From positions 62,001 through 126,000 of the IMG/VR virus record IMGVR_UViG_3300042350_004191: a DNA stretch of 64,000 nucleotides; one strand, given 5' to 3'. This document shows positions 27,183 through 36,974 of this stretch, one piece after another. Made by a program: the position numbers and the translations under genes. The notes below the pieces were generated by a model, which had not been told where the DNA came from, searched no databases, and was given only the letters and a program-made list of their open reading frames with translations. Each line of letters opens with the position of its first letter. The first letter of the stretch is position 1.

Positions 27183-29279
27183 ATGGCTACATTAATAACC
27201 AGTTCAGAATCACCAGAACCTAGATTATATATTTCTAGCTATTATGCCATTTTAGGTCAGTCAATTTTTTTCAAATTTGAAACTCCTAAACTTTTTAGAC
27301 AAAACATAATAAAAATTGTTTTAGATACTGGTGAAGAAAACCTATCTGAATCTGAAACTTCTAGATTAACATTAGACTTAGATCCTAACACTCCTATATT
27401 AGATAATTTAACTTACACTTATAAATCTACAGGGAAATATTTTATAAATTACACTGTAACATACCAATCTACAGTTAATAACAAAATTACAACTCAAACT
27501 TTCTTTATAGAAAATCCTATAACCGTTTTAAGAAATTGGCCGAGATTTAGACAACAAGATATAAGAATATTAGGAGAAAACATTCTTCGATTACCTTATA
27601 CTTTCGAACAAATACAGATAAATCCAAATGAATTTGGAACTAGCGGAGTTTATAATGCTTCATTAAGAAGACTGCACGAATGCTTGGAATATTTAAAATC
27701 AAATACTAGCATTTTAAATTCTAAAACTCCTTCTCTGTACTATGGTTGGTTTGGTTTAAATTCACTCGTAACATCAAATGGGTTTAGATGGCATACTCCA
27801 GATTATTTATCTGAATATTATAATAATGTTACCACTGGTTCTCATGGGTTTTCTGATATAAAAGACGTAGCAGAAACTAATAGTTTAATTTTTGTTTTAA
27901 ACAATAAAGATTTATCTATATATGTAAATTCTGAAAGACCTAGTAAATTATTTTTTAGAAACCAAGACGAACTATTAGAGACGTTAACTGACATAACTTC
28001 TTTCGATGTTACTACAGATGGAAGGCGAATGTTTATATTGGACGGTATTCAAAATAAAGTTTATAGGATAGATATAGATTTTGATGCAAATAATAGCATA
28101 TATCAAAGCTACAATCCAATCTTATCACTGACACATAACGTTGGTTCATATGGTGATGAAAGCGATCCTTTTACATTCAATAGTCCTACAAAAGTTTTAT
28201 GTATAAATGGTCTTGTTTATGTATTAGATTTTAATAACAAATGTATTAAAGTATATACTGAAAGATTAGAATGGGTTTATACTTATAATCCACCACAATT
28301 CCAAAATGATCAACCTATATCATTAGCTGTACAAAAAGACACTAATTTTGTTTATGTATTGACCAAAACAAAAGTATATGTTTTACCAAATCGTGTTAAT
28401 AGAGTAAATTCTACTTTTGATATAACAAATTTATCGAATTTGGAGCCTAAGACTATATTTTTTGATGAAGCTGGAGAGTTTTTTTATATTGTAACAAAAG
28501 AAAATGTATTTAAATACACCGCATTAGGTTTATACATGGATGTTTTAGACTTACCAAAAGGTTTTAATAATGAAAATTTAGAATTTATAACAGGAAAATC
28601 TGGAGTTAATAGAAACATTCTTTTAACAACTAAAACAGCAATCATAAAATGTCAAGAAGTAACAGAAATACTAACAACTGGACAAGGTTTAGATGTTGAT
28701 TATTGGTCTTTAAATCAAATTTTAATACAACCTGAAGAATTATCACAAGATTTTGTTATCAACAGAGCAATGTCTAGATTATGTTATAATTTAGTTAACT
28801 TTAGAAATTCTTTAGAGTCTAAACTAACTCTTTCAAGCGAATCAACAATAGCTGGTATCATAGAATATTTTAGACTATATCCTCTAAAAGCAGAATTAAG
28901 ACCAAAATTAGGCAATGACGTAGAAAGTAATAATGTAGCAGTTGGTGTAAATGAACTACACGTTCCTAGTGTTGTAAACCGCGAATTTAAAAAAATATAC
29001 GATGCTCTTTTGGTTATTAAGACTTTTTTGGATATAGAACCAGTACAAACTGAAAGTGAAATAGGTAGAAGTTTGAGTAGATGTCCTAATCTGTTTTGTT
29101 GGTCTTGGAAGGCTATGTCAACTTATGATGTTAAAAAGCCTATAATAAGGACATGTAATATCAATCCAATTACTTTTAGAGAATTGCAAGGCAAATTTTC
29201 AAATACAGATTATGTTCAGACAAAAACATGGGTCGAGGCTAGTAGTGAATGTTGTTACAATGTAAGAACCCCGATATAA
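27183..29279 (+). CDS. NHL/beta-propeller virion protein
   Basis: GSYG...FNSPTKV...VYVLDFNNKCIKVY NHL-like repeats, PKD-like N-terminus, Cys-containing C-terminus. Confidence 0.7.
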   Translation: MATLITSSESPEPRLYISSYYAILGQSIFFKFETPKLFRQNIIKIVLDTGEENLSESETSRLTLDLDPNTPILDNLTYTYKSTGKYFINYTVTYQSTVNNKITTQTFFIENPITVLRNWPRFRQQDIRILGENILRLPYTFEQIQINPNEFGTSGVYNASLRRLHECLEYLKSNTSILNSKTPSLYYGWFGLNSLVTSNGFRWHTPDYLSEYYNNVTTGSHGFSDIKDVAETNSLIFVLNNKDLSIYVNSERPSKLFFRNQDELLETLTDITSFDVTTDGRRMFILDGIQNKVYRIDIDFDANNSIYQSYNPILSLTHNVGSYGDESDPFTFNSPTKVLCINGLVYVLDFNNKCIKVYTERLEWVYTYNPPQFQNDQPISLAVQKDTNFVYVLTKTKVYVLPNRVNRVNSTFDITNLSNLEPKTIFFDEAGEFFYIVTKENVFKYTALGLYMDVLDLPKGFNNENLEFITGKSGVNRNILLTTKTAIIKCQEVTEILTTGQGLDVDYWSLNQILIQPEELSQDFVINRAMSRLCYNLVNFRNSLESKLTLSSESTIAGIIEYFRLYPLKAELRPKLGNDVESNNVAVGVNELHVPSVVNREFKKIYDALLVIKTFLDIEPVQTESEIGRSLSRCPNLFCWSWKAMSTYDVKKPIIRTCNINPITFRELQGKFSNTDYVQTKTWVEASSECCYNVRTPI

Positions 29280-29282
29280 TAT

Positions 29283-29894
29283 ATGGATATTCAACTATAC
29301 GAAACTACATTTAATTTAATAAGTTCAAGCAAAATTATCAACATAGATCAGTTTGCTCCAATGAGGCTTACTATAGATCCTTTTAATGCTCTGCCATCAG
29401 AAAGTTCTACACAATTTGATTTCCAGTCAAAAATTTATAAAATCGTATATGATTGGGGTGATGGGCAAGTAGAAACTGTAAAAATAAAACCACCAACTTT
29501 TAATGCTCCAGTGACTATAAATTATCCTGTTTCCAAGGACTCTGGAGATCCCAGACGAGTAACAAAACAGCATATATACACGTTAGACAACGAATTTAAA
29601 AAAGTGTTTTTATTATCTGTTAAGATATACATGTTTGGTATAAAAAATCCGATAGAATATAGAGCTATAATCAGATTAAGTGCTCCACAATTAGACGGAA
29701 CTATAAAAGGGTTTTTCAAAAATATGCATTTAATAGACGCTAAAATGTATGGTACAGACAACAAGATTTTATATATTTTTGAAGGAAAAGAACCGTCTTG
29801 GATTATGCCTGTTTTAGTAGATTGGAGAGTAAGAAGAAACGATGATACTGTAGATGAAGGAGAAGACTTTTTTACATATCAACTAAATATCTAA
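29283..29894 (+). CDS. PKD-like virion protein
   Basis: IYKIVYDWGDG...KQHIY motif; inside the structural operon. Confidence 0.55.
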   Translation: MDIQLYETTFNLISSSKIINIDQFAPMRLTIDPFNALPSESSTQFDFQSKIYKIVYDWGDGQVETVKIKPPTFNAPVTINYPVSKDSGDPRRVTKQHIYTLDNEFKKVFLLSVKIYMFGIKNPIEYRAIIRLSAPQLDGTIKGFFKNMHLIDAKMYGTDNKILYIFEGKEPSWIMPVLVDWRVRRNDDTVDEGEDFFTYQLNI

Positions 29895-29897
29895 ATT

Positions 29898-30857
29898 ATG
29901 GGAAAATATTTTACATTAACATTTTACGAAAAAAATCTCCAACCGGGTGAACTCTGGATCAGAACTCCGAATAATACAGTATTACCAGCACACGAAGCAT
30001 TGAAAAATGTCTTTTTGAAGTATAAAGATGTAGATCCTGATATAACAGGAGAACCGGGTTATCAGTCTTTTTATGATCAATTAAATACAGGAACAAATTA
30101 TTTAAGATTTGACATAATGGAAGATGTTATTTTTGTGGAAACATCGAGAGGTTGTATTTTTGATCAAATTGTTTATGAAAATAATATTATATATCCAAAA
30201 ACACAGGATAATAATTTTATGACTTCTTATAAAACTAAAAGGTTTGGGTTTCCTAGTTATTGGTTTGATGAGCATGAAAAAAAAATATATATAGCATCAA
30301 ACACTATTTCAGATTGGGCTGGTTCAGAATCATGGCAAGAGAATTATTCTGGAATTACAACAAAATATATGATAGAAGAATTTGATCTAGAAACTTCTAT
30401 TTTAGATTTAAAATGTCATTTTGATTTGGATATAAGATATGCAATTACAGAAGTTTATAAAGATTTACCAATAGTCGAACCTGTAAAATTATCTTATAAT
30501 AATGATACCAAAACATTTAATTTGTCTCATATTTGTAGAGGTCCAAAAAAACAATTTGGATTAATTAGTATTAACATTTCAAGAAATAAAGATTTAAAAG
30601 TAAAACAAGTAAATGCATTTTTACCATTACAGCCAAACATAGATTCCCCATATACTATGCCAGAATTCCCAGATCAACCACCCTTGTCTATACCAGTTAT
30701 ACCCCAAACTACTATTATCCCAACAGCAAGTCCTCCTACCCCTGTATCCACACCCATAACCACCCAAACACCCACAGTTATAACCAATCCACCAAAACAG
30801 GTACAAACACAGCCTACCACAAATATATCTGTAAGTGTTAAGCCAACAAAACCCTGA
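29898..30857 (+). CDS. Hypothetical structural protein with Pro/Thr-rich tail
   Basis: C-terminal low-complexity PTASPPTPVSTPITTQTPT; ACTAAATA at 29882-29889. Confidence 0.6.
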   Translation: MGKYFTLTFYEKNLQPGELWIRTPNNTVLPAHEALKNVFLKYKDVDPDITGEPGYQSFYDQLNTGTNYLRFDIMEDVIFVETSRGCIFDQIVYENNIIYPKTQDNNFMTSYKTKRFGFPSYWFDEHEKKIYIASNTISDWAGSESWQENYSGITTKYMIEEFDLETSILDLKCHFDLDIRYAITEVYKDLPIVEPVKLSYNNDTKTFNLSHICRGPKKQFGLISINISRNKDLKVKQVNAFLPLQPNIDSPYTMPEFPDQPPLSIPVIPQTTIIPTASPPTPVSTPITTQTPTVITNPPKQVQTQPTTNISVSVKPTKP

Positions 30858-30898
30858 ATTTCTTATATTTAAAAATAAGTAATATAAGAATATTTTAA

Positions 30899-33800
30899 AT
30901 GATTACTGTTTTTAATACAGCTTCTGCTTTTTTTTGGTATCCTGTGAAATTTAATTTTCAAGGAGGACAGGTGGAATCTTTGCATAGAAAGTACACCTTT
31001 AATAATGGTATGGTATTCAATGGTCATAACTTTTTATATCAAGCTATGGACTATGCAGATAATAATGATCAAACCATGTTTTTAACTGACATGTTATCAG
31101 CCAGTGAGCTTTTTACTATTAAAAGTAGACCACAAGAACAAAAGAATCTAATACAGATTATATCTACAATGACAGACTTTGAAGGATATATAGTAAAATA
31201 CGAAATTGAGAATATTCCAAATTTAACAAAAAAGAACAAATTAAAAAAAACAAACAGAACAACGCTATCAGATATAGATACTTTAAAATTTACGATAGAT
31301 GACACTGATGAAAATTATATTTTTATAGAAAATGATCAAGGACACGTTTTGACATGTGATTCTACGGGAGAAAATCAAACATATTTTACAACAAAAATAC
31401 AACCATACAACGATAAACAAAGATTTGAGTATTTTTTATCAGATAATGGTCAAATTAGCTTTTTCTTAGCAAATACGAATACAACTCTCGCATTAACAGT
31501 CTCGCCTTCTACAAGCAGTGTAATTTTAACTTCGGTAAACTTAAGTAATCAAATTTTTAGATTACCCAATCGTTTAATTTTTAATTTAAATTGTTATAAT
31601 AAAATTAACACACAACCAGATTATATTCCAAATAGTAAAATAGTAGAATATGAAAATAAACCAATAGACCCTATAGAAACTTTAAAAAAAGATGAAAATG
31701 TATTTAAAAACCAATATACACAAAATTATCTTTTCATGTTTCCTCCCAAAGCACCGAGAATTTTTGATGAAGAAGCTATTTTTGATGGTGAATTTTTAGG
31801 ATTAAAAAATTATCAAAATGCTGATTATGATTATGCTAAAGGTCCTTTTTTCATAGAAGATAATCCATATTTAAGAAGAATTTATTGGCAATTACACACA
31901 GGAACAAATCAAGAAGGTGGTTATGATAATATATATTTAAGCTATACTTCAAATAGTACTAAACTATTATTACAGCCTGATAGAGAAACGGAATTTCAAT
32001 TTTCACCAGTTTCTACTAGAATACCATTAACTGCGTCTAATTTAGTAGAATCCGGTGCTATTGCTGGAGAGCATCCCCTCACATCGGATAGAATATATGG
32101 TTTGGCTCAAAATTATAAAAACTCTTTACCAGCAACCTCACAGCCTGTCTCGTTTTTCCGAGAAACTGGTACTTGGTTGTGTTCTTGGTTAAAAGGAACG
32201 CAAAATGGTTCTAAAGTTTGGTATGATCGATATTATAATTCAGCTTATTATACTGCTGATGTAGCATTATCTTCACAATATTTAAATTACACTGATCGTT
32301 TAGACCCAACAAGACCTTATGTTTACGATGTTCCTACTACGCTAGTGTTAGAACCCGGTGCACGTTATAAATATTTCAGACAAGGCATACGAAGCTCGCA
32401 ACAGTTTTTACAATATCTAGATTTTACAAGCGAAACTAATTTAGGATCGAAGATTTTACACATAAATTCTTGGAATAATCCAAACGCAATTGATGTATCT
32501 CCATATAAAAATGACGGTATAATAATAAACCGAGGTATACAAAGAGACAGAAATTATCATGAATTTTATGGAAATGGACATATAATTTTTCCAGCAAAAT
32601 CAGATTTGTTAGAGACACAAAGAATAACGGTTTCTATGTGGTTATATGTAAAAGATTGGTCAGATATCGATGGTTGGCAAATATTCGGAAATTATTATAA
32701 TGGTGGTTGGGGTTTAATGAATGATGGTGGTCAAATAGCACCCTTATTAACTTTAACAGAAAACATAGACAAAAGAAGCTATACATTAAATTATAGACAA
32801 GGGTTGACAGATTCTTTTAGTTTATCATCATTTAAAAATTCATCTTTTGATTTTATAGTTAGATTACAAGATTATAACTATTGGTTAGTGGATACTTTTA
32901 ATATGAAAGTCTATAAGTTTGATAATAATGGAAAACTTATAGTAGATGATAGAAACCATCTAAGAGGTAGAATGGCTGGCGTAACTCAGGTAGAACTAGA
33001 TAGTAATTTTAACTTATATATTTATAATGGAAATCAAGGACAATTATTAGTACTAAATCAACTGGGGCAACTAGTTTCTTTCCAAGAAGGTTTACCTTAT
33101 GATAGAATAGATATCCGTTCCGATAATAAACTTGTATTGTGTGAATCAAATATCGGAATAATTGATAATGATGATAATTTATGGGAAATTGTCGGTGAAA
33201 GTTTATATAAACTAACAAATTACAACCAAAGTTTAAAACAATATACAAATAAAAATATAAAAGCGACTGTAGGTAAATGTCAAAACATTGCATGTGATAG
33301 TGAAAATAATCTTTGGTTTGTAACAAAGGATAATTTTTTAATTAAGTTTAATACTAAAACTGAAAGATTTGAATATAACAAAAAATTATTGGACGATGCT
33401 GTTGATTATTGTGATCCAAATCAACCACAATATTCTACAATAGGTATACTCAGAACACCTGCTCCTGATTTTTATAATGATTGCCCAGAACTAAAGAAAA
33501 AATTGTATGATATTATTACGGTTGTTGATAATGTTAATTTTAAAATTTATTATTTCCAAACAACAGGTCAATTAATTAAAAGAATAGATTTAAGGTCATA
33601 TATTTTAAATGAAGATGTAAGATTTAATGATAACTGGAAATTTAAATCATATGGTGATTTTACAGGATTTAATTTTATAAGAAAATTTGGAAAATCTACA
33701 AACAAAACAATTAGTTGGAAAATAGCTATAGCAGATCCACTTTTAACAGATTTTAGATATTTAACCTTAAGTTATAATGTTTCTTCTTTACCTAATGGTT

Positions 33801-34348
33801 GGCATAATTTTACTATGTCTTTCAATAATAGCCAAGGACCGTTTGGTGGAAATGCACAGGGTAGATTTGAGTATTATTTAGACTCGATTAAAGTTGGTAG
33901 TGTCGGTACACCTAAAGATTATAATATATTTTATGATTATACTTCACCTTTATTATTAGGAGCAACAACAATAAAAAATACAAGCTTAAATGATTTAGTT
34001 AAAATAGAAGACAATTATAAATTTATCGGAAGAGCTTCTGATCTTAGGATTTATAATAAATCTTTGAATTCTAGTGAAATAGAACAATTATACTTTGCAA
34101 ACCAATATTCTTTAAATAGAGGACCTTTAAATTGGAATATAATAATAGGAGAAAGAGATTACATAGAAAAAATAAACCACTTTTTCAAATACAAATTACC
34201 GGGTAGTAAAACTAATTACTATAACATAAATATACATAACTTTAATGTATCAAGGGAAATTAAAAATATCATAGAAAAAGCTATTAGAGATAATATCTAT
34301 AAAATTTCACCATATAACACGTATTTAAATAGAATTAATTGGATATGA
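30899..34348 (+). CDS. Large virion protein with LamG-like and beta-propeller domains
   Basis: ITVSMWLYVKDW and GWHNFTMSF...YYLD...F.GR.SDLRIYNKSL...EI LamG halves flank propeller repeats (IACDSENNLWF). Confidence 0.7.
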   Translation: MITVFNTASAFFWYPVKFNFQGGQVESLHRKYTFNNGMVFNGHNFLYQAMDYADNNDQTMFLTDMLSASELFTIKSRPQEQKNLIQIISTMTDFEGYIVKYEIENIPNLTKKNKLKKTNRTTLSDIDTLKFTIDDTDENYIFIENDQGHVLTCDSTGENQTYFTTKIQPYNDKQRFEYFLSDNGQISFFLANTNTTLALTVSPSTSSVILTSVNLSNQIFRLPNRLIFNLNCYNKINTQPDYIPNSKIVEYENKPIDPIETLKKDENVFKNQYTQNYLFMFPPKAPRIFDEEAIFDGEFLGLKNYQNADYDYAKGPFFIEDNPYLRRIYWQLHTGTNQEGGYDNIYLSYTSNSTKLLLQPDRETEFQFSPVSTRIPLTASNLVESGAIAGEHPLTSDRIYGLAQNYKNSLPATSQPVSFFRETGTWLCSWLKGTQNGSKVWYDRYYNSAYYTADVALSSQYLNYTDRLDPTRPYVYDVPTTLVLEPGARYKYFRQGIRSSQQFLQYLDFTSETNLGSKILHINSWNNPNAIDVSPYKNDGIIINRGIQRDRNYHEFYGNGHIIFPAKSDLLETQRITVSMWLYVKDWSDIDGWQIFGNYYNGGWGLMNDGGQIAPLLTLTENIDKRSYTLNYRQGLTDSFSLSSFKNSSFDFIVRLQDYNYWLVDTFNMKVYKFDNNGKLIVDDRNHLRGRMAGVTQVELDSNFNLYIYNGNQGQLLVLNQLGQLVSFQEGLPYDRIDIRSDNKLVLCESNIGIIDNDDNLWEIVGESLYKLTNYNQSLKQYTNKNIKATVGKCQNIACDSENNLWFVTKDNFLIKFNTKTERFEYNKKLLDDAVDYCDPNQPQYSTIGILRTPAPDFYNDCPELKKKLYDIITVVDNVNFKIYYFQTTGQLIKRIDLRSYILNEDVRFNDNWKFKSYGDFTGFNFIRKFGKSTNKTISWKIAIADPLLTDFRYLTLSYNVSSLPNGWHNFTMSFNNSQGPFGGNAQGRFEYYLDSIKVGSVGTPKDYNIFYDYTSPLLLGATTIKNTSLNDLVKIEDNYKFIGRASDLRIYNKSLNSSEIEQLYFANQYSLNRGPLNWNIIIGERDYIEKINHFFKYKLPGSKTNYYNINIHNFNVSREIKNIIEKAIRDNIYKISPYNTYLNRINWI

Positions 34349-35232
34349 GCAACTTCGACTTATTAAACAGACAATGTGATGATGTTATTTTAATATCAGA
34401 TAACTTTTGTCTTGATAAATCTTTTGAAATACTCGTAAAAAATTTTGAGTTTTTTGAAGACAAATTAAATTCAATTAATAAACAAGATGACAGAGTTGCT
34501 ATATTAAAAGATAGATACGATAAAAATAAACAAAAATATTATAAGCTTATAACTTTTGTAAACCAATTCAGCGCAAGTTTAGAAAACGTACATACAGTTT
34601 TTAACAGACAAAGGGATATATGGCAAACAAAAAACACACCTTTAGAAATTATTTATAATGAAATTATACCTATAACAAGGTGGGGGTTTTTTAATACAAG
34701 TAATGGAGAAATTACTAGAAACAACAACATTATTGCCTCTATAAAAAAACAAATAATAGATTGGGTTAATCAAACTTTTATAGAAGAACAATATGGTATA
34801 TATGAAAATCTTAAAGTAAAAATTTATTTAAGTGCTGACATTACCGACACATTTACCTTTAATGGCAGATATGACGAAACTTGTGATGCTGGTGGTGGTT
34901 CTAAAACTGTATGCTGTAATCCGTGTGGGGATCCTGGTAGACCCTCCAGAGGATGTAATAGAATGGGTGTTATATATGTTGATGGTAGAAGGTTTCAAGG
35001 TCCCGGTGGTTGTGGTAATTTAGGATCTTGGTGTCCAGCAGCAGTACACGATACTACTTGTGCTACAGGCACATGTAAGGGTTGGGGTGGAGGATATAGC
35101 CCCAATGCATGGAAATCTCATCGTTTAAAGGTTTCGAGGACTATACAATATAATGATAGATATTTAATAGGACATGATACTTTAAATCTAATAATGGATA
35201 AAACAAATTTTCTTTGGAAAGAAAATATTTAA
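34345..35232 (+). CDS. Coiled-coil virion protein with 9-Cys insert (paralogue family member 1)
   Basis: ATG at 34345 overlaps the upstream stop (ATGA); aligns by eye with 35236..36114 and 36975..38441. Confidence 0.65.
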   Translation: MSNFDLLNRQCDDVILISDNFCLDKSFEILVKNFEFFEDKLNSINKQDDRVAILKDRYDKNKQKYYKLITFVNQFSASLENVHTVFNRQRDIWQTKNTPLEIIYNEIIPITRWGFFNTSNGEITRNNNIIASIKKQIIDWVNQTFIEEQYGIYENLKVKIYLSADITDTFTFNGRYDETCDAGGGSKTVCCNPCGDPGRPSRGCNRMGVIYVDGRRFQGPGGCGNLGSWCPAAVHDTTCATGTCKGWGGGYSPNAWKSHRLKVSRTIQYNDRYLIGHDTLNLIMDKTNFLWKENI

Positions 35233-35235
35233 AAT

Positions 35236-36114
35236 ATGAAAAATATATCATTAAATCTTCCAAACGCATCTGATAATATCGGTGATTCTATTAATAAATT
35301 AAATAACATTTTTAATAATCTAAAAGGTTATATTGATGATTTAAATGATGTAAAAGGTGTATCTGAAAATTTTCAAGATTCTGTGAATGTCTGGTTAGGT
35401 GAATTACAATATAGCCTAGACTTCATGAATAAGAATAATAAGAAATATTTAAATCTTTTTGAAGAAGTTTTAAATAAAACAGATCTGTTGGTTAAACCTT
35501 TAATATTATTCTATCCTACAAAAATAAGGTCTGATGTTGCGGCATATGACAGATTATATACACAAAATCTCATTCATGATTGGATCAGTAAATACTATCC
35601 AATAAAAACACCAAATATAGAAAAGCCTAACTATGTTGAAGGTCAAAAGGCTGTAATTTATTTTTTAAGAAATGAAGAAATAAAAGCAGAAAGAAATGAA
35701 AATCAAAGTGATTTGATTCAATGTTTTACACAAGATAGACCCTTATATGTTGCCTGTGTTACGAGAAGAACTGGACAGGTCTGTGTACCAGGTTGTGGTT
35801 GTGTAGGATGTGCTGGACAAACATATTGTTCAAATTCGGCTTTTTTAGATTGTTATTTTCCTGATGGGGGTATTAGGAGAAATACTGTTTTAAGATATTT
35901 GGCATTATATATGAAATATACATATGAAGATTTTTCTGAAAAAAGATTCGATATTGTAAGATTTATAGTTGATGAGTGTGAATGGAAAATTGATAATACC
36001 CCTATAATTAGTACACCTAAAACTCCACCAAAAAATATAGAAAACGGTATTGAGACTTTTGTTGTAAAAGATCAAATACAAACTTTTACGAAAGATGATA
36101 TAGATCCGTTTTAA
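35236..36114 (+). CDS. Coiled-coil virion protein with 8-Cys insert (paralogue family member 2)
   Basis: DNIGDSINKLNNIFNNL N-terminus, PLILFYP, DWI.K.YP, Cys-rich insert. Confidence 0.65.
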   Translation: MKNISLNLPNASDNIGDSINKLNNIFNNLKGYIDDLNDVKGVSENFQDSVNVWLGELQYSLDFMNKNNKKYLNLFEEVLNKTDLLVKPLILFYPTKIRSDVAAYDRLYTQNLIHDWISKYYPIKTPNIEKPNYVEGQKAVIYFLRNEEIKAERNENQSDLIQCFTQDRPLYVACVTRRTGQVCVPGCGCVGCAGQTYCSNSAFLDCYFPDGGIRRNTVLRYLALYMKYTYEDFSEKRFDIVRFIVDECEWKIDNTPIISTPKTPPKNIENGIETFVVKDQIQTFTKDDIDPF

Positions 36115-36140
36115 AACAATTAAAAAGATAAATAATTAAT

Positions 36141-36962
36141 ATGCCTGTAAATTTTAACAATTTTTCTGACGGTGGTAGTAATATAGCACTTAATTCTTTT
36201 TTTGTTGGTTTTGATAGTACTCAAACGGGTGGTGAAAAAAAGTGGTCTTGGATCAATTTAAGAAGAGCAATAAGAGCACTTGTAGCTTCTTCTACTTATG
36301 TAGGAGTTGAAACAGTTATAGGTTGTACACAGACAGGTCTTGGTTACTTTAGTAAGGACACTCTAGCAATAGGTGCTTATAATCCAACACCAAGTGATTC
36401 GCGTTATTTGGCAGATTTTAACTGGCAAAAACAAAACGGAACTCAAGAAGTTCAAAGAATGGAAGCTACTGCTATAGCCACCTATAAGCCTTGGCAAAGT
36501 TTCTTCCCCTATAAACCAGAAAGTGGTTTAGCTGGTATAGATTTTCCCAATTACGCGATTAGTTCAACTAAAATGCAAGTACAACAAGGCACCATGGATA
36601 GCAGTACTAGCAATGAAAACATGAGATATACTCTTTATGTGGATTGGCAAAGAAGAAGAGCTTTTATAACTGGTATGTATATGTTGGCTAGTGGTAGTTA
36701 TAATACTGCGGTGTTTAATAGGGGTTGGACTTTTAATAATGATACAGGACCACAATCAATTCAAACAGATGGGTTTGGTGGAAATGTTTTAGGAGAAAGA
36801 AATATTATTAATGCTTATTATGCTAGTGGAGGTCAGGGTCCTTACATAGTTCATGTTAATAATGGAGGTATACATGCATTGCCTGTTTGGAATTTTGCTC
36901 CCGCTTTTAATGAAACAAGCAATGTTTCTATTTTTATAGAAAATACATATCTAGGTTCATAA
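36141..36962 (+). CDS. Putative fibre tip/receptor-binding protein
   Basis: N-terminal MPVNFNNF...FFVGFD...GEKK module; GATAAATA at 36127-36134. Confidence 0.5.
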   Translation: MPVNFNNFSDGGSNIALNSFFVGFDSTQTGGEKKWSWINLRRAIRALVASSTYVGVETVIGCTQTGLGYFSKDTLAIGAYNPTPSDSRYLADFNWQKQNGTQEVQRMEATAIATYKPWQSFFPYKPESGLAGIDFPNYAISSTKMQVQQGTMDSSTSNENMRYTLYVDWQRRRAFITGMYMLASGSYNTAVFNRGWTFNNDTGPQSIQTDGFGGNVLGERNIINAYYASGGQGPYIVHVNNGGIHALPVWNFAPAFNETSNVSIFIENTYLGS

Positions 36963-36974
36963 AAAATTTTTCCA

